A DNA stretch of 63,860 bases, the filler included, from Atractiella rhizophila (lineage: Eukaryota), in the NCBI GenBank assembly GCA_021432655.1. It is 4 parts of 4 records of this genome, joined end to end, with 100 filler letters (N's around TTAATTAATTAA, not from the genome) between each part and the next. Parts side by side here need not be neighbours in the genome. Positions count along the whole stretch, not along the records: positions 49,620 to 61,097 come from MU271369.1; positions 61,198 to 63,860 come from MU271394.1; 2 more parts are not named here. The stretch is one strand, 5' to 3'. Under the pieces are notes generated by a model. The model ran no database searches and was not told the origin of the DNA. It saw nothing but the letters and a program-made list of their open reading frames with translations. Each line of letters begins with the position of its first letter. Position 1 is the stretch's first letter. Below, piece by piece: positions 51,244 to 61,947 of the stretch. The position numbers and the translations under genes were made by a program.

Positions 51244-52598
51244 ATGGCCGCCACTATGAAATATGGTAAGTTTTTCTTTCTGAAGGTCATTTCATTCATT
51301 CGGCCGACAATAATGCACACCTAGTTCGACTGGGAGAGTCTGGGTTGAAGGTCTCCAAAATCATCCTGGGATGTATGAACTTTGGTTCAAAGAATTCCAT
51401 CCCTTGGGCAATGGGAGAGGAAGAATCGATTGCCTTGATCAAGGCTGCTTATGATCGGGGCATTAATACCTTCGATACGGCAGACATGTATTCGTCTGGT
51501 CTGTCTGAGGAGTACCTTGGGAAGGCATTGAAGCAGCACCAGATTCCACGAGAAAAGGTCAGTGTTTCCCCATTATCCAAGTTGCCAAGTGAGAATGTCG
51601 TTGTCAGGTGGTGGTGTCAACCAAGATTTATTCACCAGTCCACGACGTGCCTGGAGAAACAGCAGCTCCGATGTTATTCGCAGGAACTTTGGACGCGAAC
51701 GGATATGTGAATCGATGGGGATTGAGCCGCAAACACATTTTCGCGGCCGTGCAAAGCTGTCTACAACGGTTGCAACTCGAATACATCGACGTTCTGCAAA
51801 TTCATCGCTTCGATAATGACACTCCGATTGCGGAAACGATGAGGGCTTTACATGACGTCGTGTAATGTTCCTTTGGTTCTTTCCCCTTCTTGAAAATTAA
51901 CAAATGGAAGACAGTCAAAAAGGCTGGGTCCGATATATCGCATGCGGTTCTTGTTGGGCATATCAGCTGCAAGCAATGCAAAATTATGCTCTGAACAACA
52001 ACTTGACGCCTTTCATTGCCGTTCAAAACCACTATTCGGCATTGTACAGGGAGGAGGAGCGTGAAATGATGCCTACACTCAAGGCATGCCCCTTTTTTAC
52101 AAACCTCATCAAGCGAGCTGAGAACAGTACAGATGCTTGGAATGGGTTCATTTCCCTGGCGTCCATTGGCTGGAGGATACCTCTGTCGTCCTTTCTCTGA
52201 TCGGGAAGCGAGCAAGCGAGCCGAAGTGGACGTCTTTGGTAAAGCGACATACTCTGCTGCCGATAAAGCTATCATCGATGCCGTGGAAACCATTGCGAAG
52301 AAAAGGGGTATTTCCATGACTGCCGTTGCTCTCGCTTGGACCTTCACAAAGGTCACTGCACCTGTCGTCGGTGAGATTCAGTCTTGCAGTTTGTGGACAG
52401 GAGCTGATACGACCGCGTGCTCACTGTAGGGCCAACTAACGTCGACGCCCTTGACGATTATTTGAATGCTTTACAGGTGGAGCTCACAGAGGAAGAGATA
52501 AAAAGGTTTGTGTTTGTCCCTATGAAAATCATCCCGCTGACTAGTTGGATAGCATCGAGGAACCTTACCAGGCTCGCGCAATCTTCGGTCATTTCTGA
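51244..52598 (+). CDS. Aldo-keto reductase (aryl-alcohol dehydrogenase-like), multi-exon
   Basis: [88 protein letters not shown]. Confidence 0.93.
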
Positions 52599-52781
52599 GG
52601 CGTGCTATGCAATAATTGATCAACTGCTTCTAGTCTATATTTTGGTCCTTGTTTCTAGATGGGGCTGCAAATGCTTAGAATCCACATATCGATCGAACTA
52701 CAACAGGATAGACTTGCACGTATAAGTTAGTTGAACACTGATTCCTAAATGATGTACAATCTCAAACAACACTGAGTATGG

Positions 52782-55154
52782 CTAGGCTTTCTGGAAGAAA
52801 CCCTTCAAACTCATCTGATCGCCAGGTTTCTTCCTTTTCTTCCCGCTCCTTTCTTCCCGCTCCTCATCCTTTCTCTCTCTCTCTTTCTTCTTTGTCTTCT
52901 TCGGTTTTACCTCCTCCTCCTCCTCGCCCCGACCTCGCCGAAACTCATTTTCATGCAGCTTCTTCGCAAAATGATAATCCTCATGTTCTGCCTTCACCGC
53001 GGTCAATGCCGCTTGCACCGCTTCAGCGTCCCCAACCATCTCGTCCGGGAGGACACTGGAAGGGATCTCAACTTCCTTTCCACACTCAGGACACAGAAAG
53101 AAAGGTTTCCGTTCCGTTTTCTTTTTCTTCTTTGTCGGGTTCGGGGGGGAGGAAGACGAGGTTTCTAACTTGCGCTTCTTCGATGGTGGTGACTCTTCTA
53201 CCAAGTTTTTCGATGAGCTCTCTTTCTTGTTCGAATCCCCATTCATCCTGTCCGTAGCTTTCCCAAAAAAGCCCTCAATCCCCTTCTGCCCAGCCTCCAT
53301 CCTTTCCAGACCATTGAATGCGAGACTAAGATTTGTAATCTTCCCCAATCCGCCTTCCTCTCCCTTTTTCTTCTCGCCTTGTAGGTCGCGCATCAACTTC
53401 TCGGCTAGCTTCGTAATGTATTCTGGGGAGAGGTTGGAGGTGTACGAGAAAGGAGCCTGTTTGGATTTTGTCGTGTAAGTCGAGTTGCGGGCGTGGAGGA
53501 CGAGCGTTTTTGGCCACAGACCAGGGGATAGGGAGATGGATTCGGTGAGGCGAGCGGCAAGATCGGTGGACAGGACTCGAAACCAATGCAGCTTTTAGAG
53601 CCAACCAAACAACGATGTTGGTAAAAGCAAAATATGACGAGACAGGGACTGACGACTTGCTCCCATGTCGTGATGTAGGGTCTGAAATTCTTAGAGCTCA
53701 ACATCGACTTGGTTTGCACCTTTGGAGTCACTTCGGAGTGGTCCACTCCTGAAGTCTCTGATCAGTCAACTATTCGACGTAGGGAAAGGGTAAACAACCT
53801 CGAACCACCTGCCAGATCCACATTCCACCCTCCTCTCCGAACCTCTTTTGTAGTTCATCCAAGCTAATCGTCCTTCATACAATGCGCATCAAAGATCAGT
53901 CTTCCTGCTCCGACAGTGAACAAAACCAAGACGAACCAAACGTCTCCAACGGTTGCGACATCAAACTCCTTCGCAATCTCGTCCCCTCTCTTCCCACCAA
54001 GGTTCCTGAGCTTTTGAAAGTTAAGTGGTCGCAGGAAATCAGCTATCGCATCCGGCGGTAGGATTGTTTGCTCATTCGGTTTCTTCCAACCTGAACAGAG
54101 TTTCGAGAGTAGCTTGTTCTGCGCTATTCCGGCGCTACAAGTATATTGTAGCTCGTCGTAGACCTGCCGACAGCAGTCAACTCTGCTTCTAATATGTCGA
54201 ACGGAAAGGTTGGACGGACAGCTTGTCGACACCGTTGCATCATTTCTGCTCCTAATCCGAGAGCGACGTCCGTCCAGGTATAAGTCTCCCTCTCCTTCTG
54301 CTTCTCGATCTCCTCTGGAACATCGTCTACTCCCAGTTTCCGTTTCTCGGCACTTCCCTTCCTGATAACATTACCCTTCCCCTCCCAGCTCCAGTCGCTG
54401 GGTACAGGCGGAAGTGGATCATCAAGCTTTACGGAGCCTTCAGGTCGTTTCTCGAAATCTAGCTGGGGATATCGCTCAAGGAGAAGCTGGCGCACGGGTA
54501 GCGTGAGGTCAAGAAACGCTTCGTCAATTGAAGCTTTCTCAATTGTTGGACAATGTTCCGAAAAGACTTTGAGAATCTTCAAGCTCTCTCTTCTGTACGG
54601 GTCGAGGGAGACCTTAAACAATAAACATGCCTCAGAATTTTATCCACACCATACGTTAACACCTGAGACGGAAAAGCGTACCTTGTGAGTCTCAGGTCGC
54701 GCGTTCTCCCAATATCCAACCTCACTTTCTCCCTCCTCCTCTCCACTTCCGACCTTGTAAGTGGCCACATGCACAAACCTGATATTAGGACATTTCTTCT
54801 TCGCGTCTTCGATCTTTTCATGTCTCGTGATGCCGAACGCTCGAGCTGGATAGTTGATAGCGATTAATCCTTGCCATTGTTGAACTGCCACAGGGAGATC
54901 TCGAGGTAACGAGAGTCTGGACATCTCGAATTGTGCGCTTCGAACATTCTAATCAGCCTAGAATGTTTCTTTACAGATAAAGCTCACTAGGCAGCATCTA
55001 TGTCACAGTGCGCGATAACTCGCAGCGGGTTTCTGCACCAGTGGAAAGGTTGAGTCAAACCGAAGATGGGCACACAGGGAAGATCCTGAACCTACGTGAC
55101 CGATGTTCCAGCATTGTGAAGGTGTCGGTAGGTTATTGGCGCTGTTGACGACAT
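52782..55154 (-). CDS. RAD30: Y-family DNA polymerase eta
   Basis: RVIAHCDIDAAY, AVQQWQGLIAINYPAR, KVSLDPYRRES, EKASIDEAFLD, CSAGIAQNKLLSKL, KSMLSSKNF, UBZ finger CPEC...EHEDYHFA, PIP box QMSLKGFF. Confidence 0.95.
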
Positions 55155-55782
55155 TCTCTTCGCTTTAACGAGCTACACCATACCAGCAGCAATCGTTCTC
55201 TTTCTTCTCTTTCTGTTCGCCCTCGCGTGTCGTCACGTGCGCCAAGTTCGTTCGTTACCATTTTGTAGTGTAGTTCTTAGTGCTGCTTTCCAGTTGTTTC
55301 GTTCAATGTAATTCGAGATGGGCGGTGTCCTTCAAGTTACCCTTACTTATCAGTGGGCGTGGGGGAGGATGTTTTGGGCAGCCAGTCAAGGATCAGGGAA
55401 CTGCTTGCGCAGTTTGGAAGATGGAAATTGACCATGGAATTACTGTACTGTACCCAGGCATTCGTGAGTCGCGGACCGCGCACGTTATCACACTAGCACC
55501 AGCGCGCAAGCAGCATGGAAAGATGTTGGTTCAATTCTGACGGTCGTCATGTCAGAGGGCTTGGGTGCGATGAACGGCAGTTAGGCTAGTGAGGCCACAA
55601 TAAATTCAGCCTGTCTGCATTGAAGCTGGAATCTGTGTCTTCCTTCTTTGTTGCGGCCAACAGCTTGTAGCTGAGATTACGCTTCCTTCCCTTCTCTTAC
55701 TCGACGGACTGTACCTACCGTTCTCCTTCCTTCAAACAACATTGGGTAGAAATTCTTTCGTTTTTCTAAAAAGGCATCAAGC

Positions 55783-57973
55783 ATGCATTTCATATTCCTT
55801 TCGGTTGTATCTTCTGTCTTTTCCCTCGTCTCAGCACGAACAAATGACTGGTCCGTCCCTTGCTTGTCAGGACAATGTTCGTACGATCTCCCCGTCTCCT
55901 TCAACAAGGAGACCAATAGTCGCTCTCTGGGAAGCATGAGAGTGGTCAGTCCTCTCTCCTCTATCTCACCATAAGCTTTTCTGAAGCTTGCATGGCGAAG
56001 TGGGGAAACACGTCTGCTTTGTCGGATATCACGTCTGCCGCTGGTTGGACGATATTGGACTGCAATGCTACCTCGCTTTCACAGGACATCCGCATTGTCT
56101 GCCCTCGCGGTGATGAAGGGTGTAACAACCTCTTCTCTGGACGTGGAGGTGGAGTCAACAAGTTGGTGAGATTGCCAGAGAGTGTAAGCTTCCTAACTTA
56201 TTCATCGATCGCAGACAATAATGAGAAGGATTAGTGCGGAAAGATGCCTTTCGCCAGAGTAGCGAGAGTGTGGACGCACAAGAACCAGTCCATTCCCAGT
56301 AATGTCAAGCTAGCGAACTCAGGAAGAATACCAACAGTCCATGGCCTCGCGATTGACACGAACTTCGCGGCAGTCGATCCTTCAACGTTGGTCCTCACTC
56401 CCTGTTCACAGACAGATTCTAAATCTTGTTTCCAACAGCGTTGGAACCGTGAATATCGCTATCCAAGGCTCCAACCTCCCTGGTCAAGCGGACAACGCGA
56501 CAGTCACACCCGCTGACTCGTCAGAGGCTGCTACCAAACGCGGCCTTTTCGACTTCATCACCGACGCGCTGAACAAGTTCAACCAGATTAAAGTGAACGA
56601 GTCCGAACCATTGGATCACTTATCATTCTCCAAGAATTTGACAGTGTTAGACGAATCCATCAGCTGCTCTCTACCTGATGGAACCACCTTTGATGCGGGA
56701 TTCGATGTTGATGTCAGCGGAAGATTTGAAGGTGACGTTACTATCGGGATAGTCGCGACTGGTACCATCGTACCTCCCGTGTTGGACAATTTTGCCGTCT
56801 ATGCTGGTGAGCGTGCTTATTGTCGTGGAGATTTCTTCGCTCACTGAAGGGAGGAAGGCCTGAGCGCTTCGCTGGGAGGAACACTTGATATCAAAGCACA
56901 TGCAGGAGCCAGCGTAGCCCCACCTGACATTACAATTTTCCAAGCCAACCTCGCAGGCCTAAACTTTCCTGGGTCAGTCTCCTGTTATCAGTTGGCGTTT
57001 CGAAGCTCTGAACAGACAGATTAGCATCCTGAATGTTGGCCCTTCCTTCAACATTGTTGCACGAGCGAAAGCGGGCATCCAAGTCGATGCAGATCTCAAA
57101 GTTGATCTGTCATACAGCACACAAGATACAATCCTCTTCTTTCCCCCGAACGATCAGTTCCAAAGCGGCGGAACATGGAAACCTGACCCTGCCGGTCAGT
57201 TGTGTTTATTTACTCCCATGAGAACCGCGACAGGCACTAGACGCTGATGTTGGGGAACGCAGATCTCTCGCTCAGCGTTTCCCCTGAAGCTACAGCGAGT
57301 GGTACTTTAGAATTTCATCTTATTCCTTCTGTGCGTCATTCTTGCTCTCTTACCACAAAATGCTGCTTACTTCTTTCATTCAACTCGGCAGATCTCAATC
57401 GGTCTCGACGCTCTTTCTATCGCGAAGGCGGAAGTGTTCCTCAACCTCGACTCGTCGGCGACTCTCAACGCAAATCTCGCAGTCACCGGTCCAGAGATCA
57501 ATCAAAATCTCTCTGTTCCGATCAATGCTTCGGATCCCCAGTTCTCTGGTTGTCTCGATATTGCAGCCGGATTGGATGTTAACGCTGGAGCTTCCGCTGA
57601 CTTCTTTGACATCTTCAAGAAGGACGCGACCATCAGTCTGTTCTCGAAAGATTTCCAGATCCTCAACGTTCGCTCTTCTCTCACGAGTTTCCTTGCCCTG
57701 TCTTGACGCATTGAGATAGAAATGTTTCGGAGATGATGCTACAGCTACGACAAAGCGGTTAAAGACACGACGAGCTATAGAAAGTCATCGTAACAGGCAA
57801 ATCAAACGACTTGGGCATAGCGCACTCAGCGTGAAACGTCAAGACAGCACTGGACTCAACTGCATACCCCAAGCTAGCTCAGATTTGTTCAACATCGCAG
57901 ATACTTCTGTAACGTACGTCCTCCTTCCTCATTGATCGTTTGTTGACGACAATCTTGCTGTAGCTTATCGTAA
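55783..57973 (+). CDS. Secreted beta-rich, Cys-containing protein of unknown function, multi-exon
   Basis: Signal peptide MHFIFLSVVSSVFSLVSA; NDWSVPCLSGQCSYDLP; ALSDITSAAGWTILDC; KLVRLPES/CGKMPFARV; dibasic KR sites. Confidence 0.75.
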
Positions 57974-58229
57974 AAAAGTAAGGTTGTGCTGTGATGTTGT
58001 ACTTTCACCTCCCTATTTATTGAAATAATATCTCAATCGTTAGTCTGTGGCTGGAGTCTTGTCCCTTGTCCCTGGAGAGCTGTTCAGGAGAGATAATTAT
58101 CAGATTCAGATTCAACAATTCAATCATGATCGTTTCGGCGATGGATCACCGAGAAAAGCTGCGACAAGCATCCTCAACATTCTGCGTGGTGGTGTCTCTG
58201 TGGGACTGCCATCGAGGACAGCCAAAAAT

Positions 58230-58970
58230 ATGTTTCTGCCAGTGCACGTCCCTTTCACCCTCGCGGTGTTCACTGCCGTCTGCAGTGGCCTTTCCGCTGA
58301 AGAAGATCCCTATCTCTCGCGATTCGGGGTGGTACCAGACTTGTCGTTCTCAGGTTTGCCCTTCCCTCACAGTATCTCCGAGTCACTTAGGTTGACTGCT
58401 CCTTCGAAGGTATTAACACCTTTGCCCACCTCCCTCACAATCCTTGCCTTAGCAATCTCTCTGCCGAGTACGATATCGCAATCCTAGGCGCTCCTTTTGA
58501 CACTACTACAACTTTTAGGTGCATTCATTTCCTAAATTGCGTCTACTCGAGCCCAGTCAGGTGAGATACTGACCGACTGTTTGATCACGTAGGCCAGGAG
58601 CGAGGTTTGGGCCCCATGGTATCCGTACTGGCTCCAGGCGACAAAGGCCAGCGATGGGATATTCGTCAAGGTTGGAGGTGAATCCTTACGCTTCCGGATA
58701 CAGGGTCCTAGGTACAGGCTTTGTTTTGTTCTAATCGGTATTGAATGAGGTGACAATATTTGCTGAAGATTGTGGCGATGTTCCCATGTCGCCGTTCTCG
58801 AATCGGTTGGCGATAGACATGCTGGAATCTGTACGTGCCTCCACTTATGCCCTCCCCTGCCTTCTTAAGCTCAAATGTAACTAAATTCAGGCATATAAAT
58901 CCCTCCTGTTGCGTCCAGCCTTGAACTTCAAAGCACCCTTCTCCAGCCATCCAAAAATTGCTACATTAGG
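58230..58970 (+). CDS. Agmatinase/ureohydrolase, 5' half with signal peptide (continues in the reversed block)
   Basis: Spliced MFLPVHVPFTLAVFTAVCSG...DLSFSG/INTFAHLP...DIAILGAPFDTTTTF/RPGARFGPHGIRTGS...VL/DCGDVPMSPFSNRLAIDMLES/AYKSLL...HPKIATLG. Confidence 0.92.
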
Positions 58971-59203
58971 CTCGAGAGGGGTTGTATAAAGACGCTTTAT
59001 AACGTCTAAGACGTTGATAACTACTGTCTAAATAAGGTCGACAACTAAAAAAGGACACGCAGGTATGCGGCGATAGCTTGCCGTAGAATCTTTACTTCCC
59101 GAAACATGTCAGTGTCTACGTTCCGTCTATTACGTCTTAAACTGTCGCTTTCCCCTAATTTTAGTGGGACTCGGGTTATGATGGCTTTTTCGTCTAACGA
59201 GTG

Positions 59204-59414
59204 GAAGGAGGAAGGGGAAGGGAGGTTCGTCGAGGAAGTGTGGTAGTCGTCCGTTTCGCGCGTATAGGAACTTGGGGTCGAAGAAACGCTCGAGTGACCG
59301 GAAGGGGTTGAGGAAAGGAACGAGATCTCTGTGGTGTTGTTCCCTCTAGACCGATAGAAAACGGCGACTAAACCCGAACTTCTTTACACACTCATCTAAG
59401 CCGCGCCGACTGTA
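59204..59414. CDS. Prolyl-tRNA synthetase N-terminal (YbaK/ProX-like) exon 1, readable only right-to-left on the plus strand
   Basis: Reverse read from 59414: MSAAPNLLTHFFKPKSAAKDSQISLVVVSLEQGKELGKASELAKKLGFKDMRALPADGVKELLGGKGKEE then a GTGAGC donor. Resembles the FKPK...VVVAL start of fungal ProRS. Confidence 0.6.
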
Positions 59415-60213
59415 AAACCTTGCCTTTTACCGACTTCTTGATTATGTTGCACTCTTTTCTTCTCCAAATCTTTTTAGACCCCTACCACATCTCTCGGTTA
59501 CGCGGCAAAATAGAGCAGCAGTCTCTCTCTACAACTAGCTTAGACCAAATGAGGTGGGTTCGTTCAGTACAAACAACGGTCTCAAATTTGTTGGTAAGTG
59601 TTACCTGACAGCTGAGCTGAAATCCAGCTTAGAGCAGCTGACTCCTGGTAATCGCGACTAAGTGCACATAAAATAGAAACGGACTCAGCATAAGACACTA
59701 CCTCTTACCTCTTAACTGCAATTCGTAACAGGTACAATTTTCAGATATTTAGCTATTGGTAAATGTTGACAGAAGTAGAACATACAGGAAGGTAAACTTT
59801 CAACACCCACCTGAGAAGACATTCGGAAAGAGGACGGTGTTACCTGTCAACCTTACCCTGCTGCGGCAGATTGCGTACGAGACTTCTGAACAGACACAAG
59901 TGCTTACAGGACGTGACTTTAAAGCGCTAAAAAGCATAAGGAGAAATTCCATCACGGACAACTGTAAGTGTTAAAAGGAAGAAGGTTAAATGTCGTCGTT
60001 CGTTGTCGACACGCGGCGGTTAGATCATTACACCGTGTCTCTTGGCGGTCTTACGATCCTCTGTTGTCCCTTAATTGTGACTCTCGTTCGAACGATAGGT
60101 ATATAAACAAACTATAAGTAAGAAGAGGTAACGATCTTACTACCGGACAAAACTAAACTTACGTATGTGTAATAGGGTCTAAGGAACAGAAGCTTTTCGA
60201 AAACGTACAATGG

Positions 60214-61097
60214 GATTTCAAGCAGAAAAAGGGAAGGCGGGTCGAAGAGGCGTATTAAGTACAGTAAAAACTGTTGGTGGCTGTCGTCAACTTTATAGTC
60301 TAGACGCCGACGTTTAGGACAATGAGGTCGTCCTAGTATTAGGCCACGTTGGAGGTGTTGCAGCTTTGGTTGCTACAACTCTAACTCCAATTGTTTAGGT
60401 CGCTACTATGCGAAGTTGAGTGCGCTGCAGGTGGGCGGCGAGAGACCGCACGGATGTTTAACGGGTAGTCCTTATACATACGCACCTCTATCTTTGCTGT
60501 CTATCAATGGTCATCGTCCACGTTTACGACCTAGGTCCTGTAGCTACAGGTGTGACTATATCTGCTCTAACAGGGGATAGGAGGAGAACTGGAAAAGATC
60601 ATAAGGAAGGTGTGGTTAGAGTAGATAGAGTAGACAGAGGTGATTAAGCTTAGGGTGAAGGGCTAGTACGGACATCAGGAGATCTGGTCAGTTGGAGCAG
60701 GCATAGGGTTCCACCTATGATCCACGGTCTTCCAAGAGAAGGCGGCGATACACTTTCTTTCAAGGCACCCAACACGCTGGTCTCGGTATTACTAACACGA
60801 GGTGACGTCAACGCAACGGTTCCATATCTAGTAGACCTCAGGTACACAGAGACACATGCTAGTCTATCTTCTTTCCCTGTTTCTTTCTCCGACTGTTCAC
60901 TCGCAGTTTCACCTAATGACTCTAAACCGCGACCATCTGAACTCTTTCACGAGACTCCTAACCGATGTTTCCACTGCACTCGGTACGGTACTAAAATAAA
61001 CCTACTCTCTGTATGATCCTGCTAGCACACTAGACCCACTGTTCGTAACTACGAGTCGGTTTCGAGTCGTTCTCTTTTCGCTTTCCTGCTTGGTGGC
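60214..61097. CDS. Agmatinase 3' half, readable only right-to-left on the plus strand
   Basis: Reverse read: G/DHTIVL/PILRAL...VIHFDAHL/DTW...THGTFFH...SIHLGIR...VYISVDIDVLDPAFAPAT/GTPESGGWTSREL...GFDVVEVAPDYD...GGREKDEL*. Confidence 0.93.
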
Positions 61098-61197
61098 NNN
61101 NNNNNNNNNNNNNNNNNNNNNNNNNNNNNNNNNNNNNNNNNTTAATTAATTAANNNNNNNNNNNNNNNNNNNNNNNNNNNNNNNNNNNNNNNNNNNN
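61098..61197. other. Artificial contig spacer
   Basis: N run + TTAATTAATTAA + N run. Confidence 0.97.
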
Positions 61198-61947
61198 TAC
61201 CTGCTTTGATTCGAAAGAGTGGCAGTTTGATCCCGATCCTGCTTCTATCCTCCAATGTGAGAAGGCTGGCATGGAGGTGAAGAGAAAACAATTATCGATC
61301 TTGGATCAGGGACGGGACACCTTCCCAAGTCTTTGATGCCGCTGTTGGGGGAGGGCAAAGCAGACCAGATCGTAGCCACGGACTTGGACGAGGTGGTTCC
61401 GTTACTTCGAAAGAATCTTGAATCCTCTTCGAGCGTCCAAGTGCGGCCTCTGAGTTGGGGATCGGACTTAGACGTCGAAAACATTCTACGATCGTATGGT
61501 GTTCCGAATCTCATACTGGCATCCGACACAGTCTACTTCCCATTCCTTCATCCTAAACTGCTCTCAACCCCTACTCGCCCTGACGGAAACAGGAAATTCG
61601 GTGACGAAGCTGGTCATCGGTGCGGTGGAGAGGAGTTTGGAGCAAGGAAGCCCCGTTTTGGAGCGCGTTAGGTGATTCTTGATGCTTCCAGTCTCCTCCC
61701 CTTCCAGGCTGCAAAGCGTTCCGGGAAGCTAACAAACACTCTTTCGTGGGGCAACTTAGCGTCTTACTTCGAACTCACTCCTATCCTTTCCCGTCCCAGA
61801 GGGACGACACAATCGTGGTCCCGCCACAGACGTGATATTTTGCCTCAACTTCTTCATTGGTCGTCGACGAGCAAGTACACAAGGTCGCGAACTTTGGAGG
61901 AAACTGACAGAGGAGCAAGTGATGGCTGGAGAGGGAGGGGAAAGTGA
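61198..61947 (+). CDS. Family-16 (METTL21/Efm-like) SAM-dependent methyltransferase, 5' truncated, 3' part apparently frameshifted
   Basis: IIDLGSGTG, IVATDLDEVVPLLRKN, VRPLSWG, LILASDTVYFP. Confidence 0.8.

Larger units (their letters stand above)
58971..61097. other. Block written in reverse without complementation
   Basis: No sensible product in six frames. The plus strand read right-to-left gives GT-AG introns and conserved proteins and joins in frame to 58970. Confidence 0.95.

Noticed and set aside
59420..61016. ORF-track entries inside the reversed block
   Set aside because: Chance ORFs; the real coding information reads in the reversed direction.
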